Part shown: positions 1 to 12,600 of the stretch, piece after piece
Numbering within the stretch: position 1 is the stretch's first letter
Layout of the letters: each line of letters starts with the position of its first letter
Assembly: GCA_030248215.1 (NCBI GenBank)
Contig: JASANG010001414.1
Coordinates: 682,001-746,000, forward strand
DNA: 64,000 bases
Origin: Enoplolaimus lenunculus
Taxonomy: Eukaryota
Direction of reading: 5' to 3'
The notes under the pieces: generated by a model
What the model was told of the DNA's origin: nothing
Databases searched by the model: none
Seen by the model: only the letters and a program-made list of their open reading frames with translations
Program-made: the position numbers and the translations under genes

Positions 1-538
1 GACTCGATTCATGCAAATCCACTCGAATCATTTTTGTAATTTTTGTATTTGTTAAAATTTCTTTTTGTCTGAAACAAATGGGTGTTTTCGCGAGCACCCA
101 ATCAACCGACCATCTTTGGATCGACCGTCGTAACTTTCGCATCGGATATTAATTTGATATTAGCTTGACCAAGAGTGCACGATGCTATTTGATGTTAGCT
201 TGATCAAGAGTGCATGATGCTCTTTATGAAGAGTGTGCAACTGGATACATTGTGTGTAGAAAAGAATGTGCTCAGCGCGCGTTGTATTTTTCGTCCGCCC
301 CATTAATTAAGAGTGGTCAAAATTTTCAAACATTGAAATTCATATGCTGTTGTGATACCGTGAGAAGTGACCCGCTTATATTTTTTATAAAATTCAACGT
401 GTAGCGAATGTAAAATTGACCCTCTTCTAAATAAGGGGGAGTATGGCAATAACACAACAAGTGCTGGTACACTTTGTACCATGCACATCCTGGCCAGTTG
501 CACACTCTTGTGATCATCGACTCTTGGTTTGATTTTAG

Positions 539-612
539 CACCAGAAGTATGTTCATCGCCGTTTTCGTTCGAACGATTTCCGCAACACGTTCTTGTTGGA
601 TTCGCGCTTGAG
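539..612 (+). CDS. PAN-ZP gene exon (first PAN seen, N-part)
   Basis: ttttag|CA..GAG|gtaag; APEVCSSPFSFERFPQHVLVGFALE. Confidence 0.85.
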
Positions 613-3600
613 GTAAGAATCACTGATTGCAAATTAGGTTCAGCCATAATCGGCCAACCTGTGACCAATTTTACAGTTTCAACCAGTGCTGCGGACTTTC
701 AAATGTGTGGCACACCGCAATTGCAAACTATCAGCTATACTTAGGTGTTAGAGGCTCGAGCGCATCGTCATTCTAATCGCTTGTGCATCTTACTCTTCAA
801 GTTGATTGGCTACAAAAAACGCCATTTTAATCGCTTATGCATCTTACTCTTCAAGATGATTGGCTACCAAAAACGCCATTTTAATCGCTTATGCATCTTA
901 CTCTTCAAGATGATTGGCTGTCAAAAATTCATGGCCGCTCACATTGGCTGGTGCGTACGTAGTAACTGTACCCCGTTTGGAGCAGGTTGAAAATTTTAGA
1001 GAGGGTAACATGTATGCCGAGCATGAAATATACGCTATTTTTGTTGAATGCTACAAGCTTTGATACGTCTGTCATCTAAAGGATAATGCCTGGTTTTCTA
1101 AAATCCTACTTAAGTACTTGCTAAGCAATTACTAAACAAATCTACCGTTCTTAAAAAGAGCCAATGTTACTTTAAGGGGCGTAACAATAGATTAAGCGTA
1201 TTCCTAAGCCTAAGTGTAAGCCTAAGCGTTGCAATAATGAGTTCCTAAGCCTAAGCCTAATCCTAAGCCTAAGCAAAAGAATGTAATCTAGAATGCAAAC
1301 CTACTCTTTATAGACCCACCAGAAACCTTGTCGCCCCTTAAAGTAACATGGGCCGTAAAAAGCATTACTTTGTTTGTTCAAAAAGTCAAGTATTTACTTA
1401 AGTTAGTGACTTAAGTAATTAATTACATGAGTGTAATTTAAGCAAATACATAAGTAAGATTTCAGAAATCCAACCAATGTTACATATTCAATTATCTCGG
1501 TAGTAAACTGTACCTCAACGTTGCAAAAACGTATTCAAAACTGGTTAAAATGAATTTAAACTTTCATAAAAGTTTATTCATTGTATAAATTTATCATTTC
1601 AGATGTCACACACGCGATCGTTGTCCGAATGTCTCGCTTCGTGTCTTGAAGTGTCAAAAACGCGAAATATCGATTGCCGTTCGACAATGTACTACTACGA
1701 AACTGGCGAATGCATTTTAAATCAAGATGACAGGCGGATGAGACCAGATCTGTTCTCAAAAGATACGCAAGGATTTATTGTCGATTATTTTGAAAATCAT
1801 TGCGCTGGATGTATGTTTTGCGTCGCGAAAAATCACTTTTTTTGAAACTTAATTTATTTTTTAAAAAGAATGTTCATAAAAAACTTTATCCTTTGAAGCT
1901 AAAATGAATTTTTAGAAACCGCAGTAGTACACAAGGGTTTGTTGTTGTCTATTTTGAAAATCATTGCGCTGGATGTATGTTTTGCGTCGCGAGAAAAATC
2001 AACTATTTTTAAACTTAATTTATTTTTTAAAAAAGGTTCGTAAAAAAATTGTTATCCTTTGAAGCTAAAATGAATTTTTAGAAACCCCAGTAGTACACAA
2101 GGGTTTGTTGTTGTCTATTTTGAAAATCATTGCGCTGCTGCTGGATATAAGTTTCACGTCGTCGCAAGAAATTCGGTATTTTTGAGATTTAAGTTTATTT
2201 CTGTTAAGGAAATTCACAAAACAGTTTAGTCTTTGCTACTAAAATGAAATTTTTGCTACTGAAAGATGCGCGAGGATTTATTAATCAACTTGAAATTCAT
2301 TGCTCGATGTAAGGGTTGATTCGTGAAATACTGCTATTTGTTTCAAAATATTAATTATTTTTTTCAATTACGTTCGTGAAAATTCTGGCTTTAAAATCAC
2401 CATCAAATTTTTGGAAATGCCTGCCTATACGTTGTCGTCTGATTTGAAAATCGTTGTTACTTTGGCAACAGAAATAGGTATAATGAAGTAAAACGGTATA
2501 TTTTTTATTAAATGTGACTTTCACATATATTTTTTTGTATTTTTAGCGCAATGCTATCCGCCTGAAATCGCTCAATATTTGGTCACAGTTGGAGTTGAAC
2601 TTGCCGGCGAACGTGATGTCACTATTGGCGATGTTGATTTACAAATGTGTCAACATTTTTGCGATGTTGATCAGGTAAAATGTCAAGTTGTCATACGGAT
2701 GTTTCGAGCCCATGTACGGATCAGAGGCGGAACGTTTTTCTGTGGGACTGCGTTAGAGTTACCTTAAGCTTTAGGCTATTTTTTGCTTGGCTTAGGCTTA
2801 AGCTTAGACTTAGTAACAAACTCCTTCTTACGCTATAGGTTTACGTTAGGAGTATGCTTAGAATGCTGTTCCGCCCCTGTTCTTTACATTGGCAGATGTT
2901 TGTATAGTTTTCGAAAAATGCGATAAGCGTATCACTCGGCGCTGAGCTACGGACAATCCGCATTTGTGCCTAAGCGCGCAGCCAACTCAAAAAAGGGCCA
3001 AAAATTTACGGCGGTCGGTTTTTGCAGACTTAAAAATTTTCGATTATTTTGGGTCCAAAACTTGTTCGGCGAGGATACCTTTTTGTGAGGATAGAGAAAA
3101 TTATGCTGCTTGTTTTGGCCAGTAACCATGTTAATACTTAACGGGAGGAAAATTAGTAAGCATGAAATTTTGTGAAGATATTTACTACTTCTAATAAAAG
3201 ATTGAACAATGGTTATATATTAATATATATAAAATGTACACTTTCGGATAAATAAATTTAACACTTTTTAATTATTTGAGAATGGATATTTTTTAAAATC
3301 CGGAACCATAAATTTAATAAATAAGTGTGGCAAAGATAAAAATTTTATATTAAGCAATTACAATATAAAAAAATACCTGTTATTCATTATTTTTAGAACG
3401 GATCAGGCCAATTATTTTCATGCAAATCATTTTCATACGATTCGATAAGACGACAATGCTACTTGAGTAACGACCGAGCTGAGCCATACGGAAGAGCTAA
3501 ATTTCGTGATGCAAACGCAGTGTCGTACTATGAAAAAACGTGTTTTTCAGGTAAACGTTTTAAATTGTTTTAACTTATCTGCTTCCTAATCTTCAGCATT

Positions 3601-6600
3601 TGTTACGGAATGGCCAGATTAATTATTAATTTCAATTACTTTATTTTTAATGACTACTGCTCGTATTCTGAAATGTTTGTAGCACCTACTACTAGTTTGT
3701 GGCCAATGTTACTTTAAGGGGCGTAGCAGCAGATTATGCATATTCCTAAACCTAAGCCTAAGCCTAAGCGTTGCAAAAATGAGTTCCTCAGCCTAAGCCT
3801 AAGCCTAAGCAAATAAATGTAATCTAGAATCTAAACCTACTATTATATACACCCACCAGCCTACTATTTTATAGACCCACCAGAAACCTGAACGCCTCTT
3901 AAAGTACAATGGGCCTAGTTTGTTATAGGTCTTGTAACTTCAGACCAGTGAATAATAAGGTTTGAAACTCAGTACATTTTTGCTTTTGATTCGTCCTACT
4001 TCTGCGCGTTTTTTCTGAATTCTAAATTTGCAGGCGTTCGTTATTTTGGTAATCTATCGCTAACTTGCGATTGATGATACAAGTGTTTAAGAATATGAGG
4101 TTAAAATTTAATGGTTTTACCACACACGTGCAAGTTTTTGCTACGAGAACTTGCAGCCGCAACCTGCTCTTGCAAGGTTTGTCCAAAATGCCGTTCGAAA
4201 ACCCTTGCAGCAATGCAATTAATTTATTAAAAATCAAAGCTAGGAATTTAATTCACATGTGTGAATAACCATGCAAGTTCACGGAATTTATTGTAGCCGC
4301 TTTCTCATCGGCTGATTAAAAAATGCCAAGTTCTGCGTGCAATTTGCAGCTGCAAGTTTTCGCAGCAAAAACTTGCACGTGTGAATCGGGCTTTATTCGG
4401 CGTGGCATTAACTAAAGCCTAACCTCCTAACTGTGCAAAATAAAAAATCTGAACATTAAACACCCAATTTTGAATCATTTTCAAAAAAGTATCATTCAAT
4501 CCAACACAATTTCAGCTCCACAAACTTGCAGTTCTCAACCGGCGTTTGAACGCATTCCTCAACGTGTGCTGGTCGGACACTCACTTGAAGTGACACAAGC
4601 GTCAGTGCTTAGTGATTGTTTGAATCAATGTTTAGCAGCTGTGGGCACCGCTCCGTTTACATGCCGGTCTGTTATGTATTACTACGAAACGGTACGTTTG
4701 AAACGAAAATTGGCTCCAAATTTCGAACATAAACTAGGTTTACTCTCAATTTTAGGTAATTATTCTCAATTGCCTAAGTATGTTTCAGTTATCTTCTAGG
4801 TTAAACATTTCCTATTTGAGACTCAAGATTCATAAAAACAGTCCTGTTGTTTTAATCATTGCCGTTGGAGTTTGCTTGTTTGGAAACGTATCCCAAATTT
4901 AGCCTCATGTAAAGATCATGGGCGGAACGTTTTTCTGCGGGACTGTAATAGAGTAATCTAAAGCTTTAGACACAATTTTTTGCTTAAGCTTAGTCCTTAG
5001 GATTAGACATAGGCTTATTCTTACGCTTAGGATTCAGCTTTGGCTTAGGCCTAGGAATATACTTATACTACTGTTACGGCCCCGTTCTATACATTGGCCC
5101 AAATTTCTGATATGAGCTTTATGGCTGTTTATTTGAACACATCAAAGATACCATAGTCTGTTTTCTCAAAATTTTGGAAATTGCAAATAATAGGTAGTAG
5201 GTTGATGTCGTTAAAGTGTGTTTCACTCTGGTTAGCATTAGTTGCAGTTCTCACAAGTAGGCTCTCACCCTCTCGCGCACTTTCTGCACAACTTTGAAAA
5301 TGTTCAAACCCTGGCATAACTTAAAACCAAGATTTGGCTTTAAGATCAGTCTTAGGATTAAGCTTAAGCTTGTGAGGAAAAATGTTCAATAGCTCGTAAA
5401 CTTAATCAACGTCATAAGCGGTATTAAGCAACCTTTTTTCCTAAATTTTTTGTGGTGGTTTAAAATTTTCACTGCCGCTACTCATCTGAATTTAAATTTA
5501 AACTATTGTGACCGATTAATAAAATATATTTGTTTGTTTTGTTTTAGGGAGAATGCATTCTCAACGAAGCAACACGACAACAACAACAACATCTATTTAG
5601 CCCTGACACTCAAGGCTATCGTGTTGATTATTTTGATAACAATTGTTTTCAAGGTAGGGTTAGACGTGTTTATAACCCAAAAATTATGCGCATACAGAAG
5701 ACATATGTCACCGGAAATATTACCGGGACAGAGAAGAAAATCAAGCAGTAATCTAAAACAACTAGAACTCATTACGTTACACTAGAAATTTTTTCCTTAC
5801 CTGCTGTAGGTATTCAGACGGCAATTTTTGCATTCGTAGTTATGGTCGGCACTAGCGGATACAGAGGGGGGGAGGGGCGGCGGGGCGTATGTCCCCGTCA
5901 GAATTTTTTTGTAATGAAATGGTAAGGTCCTCCTGTGTAACAATATACTTAAGTCCAAACCAAAACCTAAACCAAAACCTAAGCCTAATACTTAAGTCTA
6001 AATCAAAACCTAAACCAAAACCTAAGCCTAATACTTAAGTCTAAATCAAACCTAAACCTAAACCTAAACTTAAAGCCTCTCAACCTTTTGTTTTCCCAAA
6101 CTACCTGCCTATCACTGGAAAATGCCCAATAGACGTTCGCCATATTAACCAATTGAATTCGGTTTTAGAAAGTAACGGCTGCAGTTCACCAAACGAAGAT
6201 CGGGTCTACATCAAGGTTCACAACACTGAACTGTCTGATTTTGACACTGTCAGCATTCCTGATTTGTCTGTGCTCGACTGTCTTAAACGGTAAATTTTAG
6301 GTTCCGATCGTGGAACTGTCACAAATTTCGACGCCCATTAAAATTAACATTATCAAATGTTTGTAATAGTTGATCGATAAGTTGACGTTCAAATTTTAAT
6401 AATAAATACGGTAAACAGTCTTAAACCTACATTTCAAACCACACAAAATTTCGTTATTGCACAATATACATATTTAAAAATACGGTTAAATCAATAAAAA
6501 GAGCAGTGGCGGAATCTAAAGATTCTGACGTGTACGAGCCAGAAGCGAGCAAGCAGCCAAATGCAATTTTAGTACTAAATATTGTATTAATAAGACTGTG

Positions 6601-9600
6601 TGTTTGGATCCTTGTTGGGGTACCGTTAAGGCCTCAGTGTGACCCACTGAATCTGCCAATGAAACAACGGTAAAAGGCAAGATAAACATGTACACTTGTT
6701 GTGAAACTGATAGTGCCGTATGCACCAAAACATTTCATACTGTTTCTTGTGCATTTTTATTAAGACATATCAAGATGTAAATTTTATAATTGAAGCCGCG
6801 TCACAAACTTAAAAATCGAAAAATTGTAGCAATTGAAATTTTTAACTGCAATACGCACCGCCTAACTTAAATTGGCGCTATGCTTTGGATGACGTCCGGC
6901 ATTGTCCGTCACCGAAGACGGAGTCAGACGGTGCCGCACAATAAGTTACTGCCTGGATTTAAAATACACCAAGAATCAACACTGTTAATTGCAATGAGTT
7001 GATTAATCAATTCAGCTTGCGAGTTAGTTATTTCTGAGTTGATAACAGTTTACACTAACTCGCTCTCAGTTGAGTTGTTTCTCGCTCTGAGTTTACTCTG
7101 TGGAAGTTAATTAATTTACTCAGACTGAATTGAATCAACTCAAAATTTGAGTTTTGATAGTCCTAACTCAGTCTGAGTGATACAATTCATTCTGAGTTAA
7201 AATGAACTCGCTGAAATTTACTGTGCAGCGAAACGACAAAATATTTCAAAATACAAACACAAATTTCTGTATAATTTCAGTTGTACCGCTGAAACTTCGT
7301 TCGTTTGCCGTTCGGTTGAGTACAGCGGTACTGGTGTTTGCTCGATGTCGTACTTGGAAAATGGACGAATTGCATTACGGGATTCGTCAAGAAACGACCC
7401 AAAAGATTATTTTGAAGCTGTTTGCGTTTCAGGTCAGCACTAGTATATATGTAGTAGCCCAAGTTGCAATTCTGCCCAATTTCGAATTGGGCTAACCGAA
7501 GGCAGAATCGTATTTGCTAAACTTGTGCTTTATCTAACTGGCTACTAGATACCGGCAAATTAGCTTAACGAAACAAACTGCTCGTTGGCCGACAGGTACT
7601 TATCGATTACCTGGCCAATGAAAAAAGAGTAATTGCATCAGCTAATCGTATTCGAGTACGGCATTCAGGTAGTAACCAATCACAACGCGTGCATTTACAA
7701 CAGAGAAAAAATTACACCATGGGCTAGCCCAAATCCTTATTCCGCGCTCATCTATTTGTCCAATTCGGAATTCGGCTGACCTACGGCTTGGGCTACGACA
7801 AAGAAACTGACGTATTTAATGCTCACACTCCACTGCACTGATATCAAACTTTGCCCGACAACAGAATGTAGATTTTTTCATTTTGCGGGCATATTAGCAG
7901 AAAAGCAACTGCGATTTATGCAAAAACAGCAAAACTGTCGCCAAAAACTGGCACTAAACGCAAGTAATAAATATCTTACAACCAATTTTAAAACTGAGTA
8001 CAATACAGTTGAAATTAATGAAAAACTGGCGAATGGTTAGTATGGCACGCATATTTTCAAAACACTCGATGTTAGTATGGTTTTAAATAGCTGATTGCAG
8101 TGCATTTCAGGTGCACCAACGTGTATTGGTCGTCAGTACGCGTTTCAACTGCGTCCTGACAAAGAATACATTGGATTTATTGGTGTAACAATATCTGGAG
8201 TCAGCGTAGCGCGGTGTCTTTCGATGTGTTTGAAAGCATCGTCTACGCAAAAGTAAACAAACTAAAATCGCTTACATTCATTGCCTCCGCCAGAAATAGC
8301 TGGGCCTGCGAGTGGAGACCGGATTACACATGTTACCCGTTGGGGCTCATGTATAGAAACACGGCCGGAATGCGAATATAAGCATATTGCTAAGCCTAAG
8401 CCTAAGCCTAAGCCTATGGATGAGCCTATTCCTAAGCCTTAGTCTAAGTCTAAGCCTAAGCGAAAAATTAGTCTAAAGCTTAAACTGACTCTATTATAGC
8501 GCGTCTGGAAAACGATCCGCCCCTGTTCTATACTTGAGCCCCAGTTGGTGACAGGCCTTGTGACTTTTGAACCAGAGAATGGAGAGGTTTGAAATTCAGC
8601 ATATTTGTTGCATTCCATTTAACTCTAACTTCAGTGCATATTTTGAGATCTGCAATTGTAACAGTCCGTTTGTTTGGAAACCTATTACTAACTGGCGATA
8701 CTTAGGTGCTTTATGCATTTGAGAATATGAATGTGTCTTTGGAGCAAAACGTACAATAGAGTGACATTGTCACACTATTAAGCAACATTTCTTTTCTTTA
8801 CATAACTACATTTGAAGGAATGTTTAGGGAACGAATGGGGGCTGCAGATGCCCCCGCTGCATATTCCCACCGCCTAAGGCCTGTACTCTGAAGGCTTGAG
8901 TTGTGGAATCTGTAACAATTAACGCTATTTTTGTGATTCGGTTTAGCTCAAAATTTCTAAATCGCAAAAGCTTTATTTATACCAATAATTTAACGTTTTG
9001 TTTATTAATTTTCATAAAATTTCTGTATAAAAACACGAAATTATAAATTTTTATAGATAACTTGAAACATTTTACGTTTTTAATTTAACAAATTACCACA
9101 AACATTAAATTAATTACGTTTTTGGTGTTTATAGGTGCCTCTCAGTAAACTATGATCAACCAACTTCTACGTGCCAGCTAAATACAGAAAGTACGCGAAC
9201 ACAAGGTAACGAAAATTTGGTCAGCGCTCCTGGATCTGATTACTATGAAAACGAGTGTACTGAAGGTGAGTTACTGTTTTTCGCGAGAGTTGAACGGAAG
9301 CTTTAGACTATTTTTTAGCTGAAGCTTAGGTTTAGGGATAGATATAAAAATATGTTTATTCTTTACACTGAGGCTTTGTCTGAGGTTTTGGCTGAAGAAT
9401 ATGTTTATTCACTGTTACGGCGCTTATTTACAGGCGGGCCCGAATTGGTTTGGATTTAATTTTTTCTTTTTAAATTACAGGGTTTAATTAAAAAACATGA
9501 TAAATCAAATTTTTATAAAACAAACCTTGGGATGGTAGATTTTGCAATTAACGTCTTGATCGTGATCCTAATCCTCTTATATATATAATATATGTATATA

Positions 9601-12600
9601 TATGTATATATAGGTTCGCAAAAAGAAATTTTTGCAAAACACATTTGGAAGAGCGTCAAATTTCAAAAGTCGAAAAGTTCTATTCCCCACCGGAAAATAC
9701 TGGATCCGCAGCTGAACTCCTGCAAAATGTTCTATTTTTCGACAGGTAAATCACGTTGCAACTACAACAAAGCGAGCACTGGGCAACGTCTGCAGCGTCA
9801 CAATCGCTTGGCGACTTATCGTCGTTTGCAATTACCGGAATGTAAAGCAAAATGTGATGCATCGCATGCATTTGTTTGTCGGTCGCTTTCGTACTCTCAA
9901 AACGATCAAGTGTGTGAGCTGAGCGACGCTGACTCGAGTTTGCTCGAAATTACCACTCTGCTCAGTCCGAATCCGAGTTCAGAGTATTACGAAAAACGAG
10001 CGTGTTCTGGAGTTATGCGTACGTTTATAGTGTGGTGTGTTAAGGGGGTCAAATGTGTGGGCCCATGTAAAGATCAAGGGCGAAATATTTTTCTGTGGGA
10101 CTAGAAAAAAATAAGCTTAAGCTTTAGACTATTTTTTGCTTGGCTTAGGCTTAGGCTTAGGAATTTGTTTATAATGCTATTCCGCCCCTGTTCTTTACAT
10201 TGACCATTGCGAGTAACCGGTATACGTAGGATTAAAATGCTGAATTGAGTTAATTTTTAAACAGCTTGGATTGGCTAAACTGCTTACAGACTAAAGGCGG
10301 CGTATACTCGTCGTGCCGGAGCGCAAGTCAATGGAAGTCGCCGTCTGTCACCGTGTGCCATCATCCATCACTGTACGGTATCGTACGCGAGTCATTCGCG
10401 TAGGATACTGCACGGTGGATGGTGATGTTCTTCGACTGGTGGTAACGTACGGCGACACGCCGCAACGTACGGCGCCGGAAGACAACAAAAACGTTTAAGA
10501 AGTATAGTGCCGCACTTGAAGCTGCACAGCACAGCCCGAGCTGAGAGTATTAGAAAACCGAGTTCTCTTCTGCGCCATTATTCTCAAATACATCCATCAC
10601 ATATTAATAGTTTGGGAATCGTCTTATAAATTTCGAGTCAGCAAGTCGAGAACGTTGAAGTTTGGTACATTTGAATTTGATGGCTCCTGTAAACGGAGAT
10701 TGACATTTTTAGCTGTCGTAGTTCGCTAAATGTCCTATCGTAGCGTCCTTAAACGGACGAACATCTATGGGCCTGACAAATCCGATGTCGAAAACGTTGA
10801 AATTTGCGCAAAATTTGACTTTGATCGCTCCTGTAAACGGAGATTGACATTTTTACTTCGTAGTTCCTAAATTCCTTCGTACGTCCTTACGACGAACATC
10901 TATGGCCTACAAATCCGATTCGAAACGTTGAAATTTCACAAAATTTACTTATCCTCCTGTAACGGGATTACATTTTTAGCTGTCTAGTTCGCTAATGTCT
11001 ATCGCGTCCTTCGCGACATCTATCCTCAAATCCGATGTCGAAACGTTGAATTTGCACAAAATTTGGCTTTTCGCTCCTGTAAACGGAGATTGACATTTTT
11101 AGCTGTCGTAGTTCGCTAAATGTCCTATCGTAGCGTCCTTAAACGGACGAACATCTATGGGCCTGACAAATCCGATGTCGAAAACGTTGAAATTTGCACA
11201 AAATTTGACTTTGATCGCTCCTGTAAACGGAGATTGACATTTTTAGCTGTCGTAGTTCGCTAAATGTCCTATCGTAGCGTCCTTAAACGGACGAACATCT
11301 ATGGGCCTGACAAATCCGATGTCGAAAACGTTGAAATTTGCACAAAATTTGGCTTTGATCGCTCCTGTAAACGGAGATTGACATTTTTAGCTGTCGTAGT
11401 TCGCTAAATGTCCTATCGTAGCGTCCTTAAACGGACGAACATCTATGGGCCTGACAAATCCGATGTCGAAAACGTTGAAATTTGCACAAAATTTGACTTT
11501 GATCGCTCCTGTAAACGGAGATTGACATTTTTAGCTGTCGTAGTTCGCTAAATGTCCTATCGTAGCGTCCTTAAACGGACGAACATCTATGGGCCTGACA
11601 AATCCGATGTCGAAAACGTTGAAATTTGCACAAAATTTGACTTTGATCGCTCCTGTAAACGGAGATTGACATTTTTAGCTGTCGTAGTTCGCTAAATGTC
11701 CTATCGTAGCGTCCTTAAACGGACAAACATCTATGGGCCTGACAAATCCGATGTCGAAAACGTTGAAATTTGCACAAAATTTGGCTTTGATCGCTCCTGT
11801 AAACGGAGATTGACATTTTTAGCTGTCGTAGTTCGCTAAATGTCCTATCGTAGCGTCCTTAAACGGACGAACATCTATGGGCCTGACAAATCCGATGTCG
11901 AAAACGTTGAAATTTGCACAAAATTTGACTTTGATCGCTCCTGTAAACGGAGATTGACATTTTTAGCTGTCGTAGTTCGCTAAATGTCCTATCGTAGCGT
12001 CCTTAAACGGACGAACATCTATGGGCCTGACAAATCCGATGTCGAAAACGTTGAAATTTGCACAAAATTTGGCTTTGATCGCTCCTGTAAACGGAGATTG
12101 ACATTTTTAGCTGTCGTAGTTCGCTAAATGTCCTATCGTAGCGTCCTTAAACGGACGAACATCTATGGGCCTGACAAATCCGATGTCGAAAACGTTGAAA
12201 TTTGCACAAAATTTGACTTTGATCGCTCCTGTAAACGGAGATTGACATTTTTAGCTGTCGTAGTTCGCTAAATGTCCTATCGTAGCGTCCTTAAACGGAC
12301 GAACATCTATGGGCCTGACAAATCCGATGTCGAAAACGTTGAAATTTGCACAAAATTTGACTTTATCGCTCCTGTAAACGGAGATTGACATTTTTAGCTG
12401 TCGTAGTTCGCTAAATGTCCTATCGTAGCGTCCTTAAACGGACGAACATCTATGGGCCTACAAATCCGATGTCGAAAACGTTGAAATTTGCACAAAATTT
12501 GGCTTTATCGCTCCTGTAAACGGAGATTGACATTTTTAGCTGTCGTAGTTCGCTAAATGTCCTATCGTAGCGTCCTTAAACGGACGAACATCTATGGGCC

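Noticed and set aside
8389..8462. TTAGGC runs as a true telomere, fusion site or telomere-addition site
   Set aside because: Runs are short (about 4-5 perfect units at most), degenerate and enclosed within MITE TIRs
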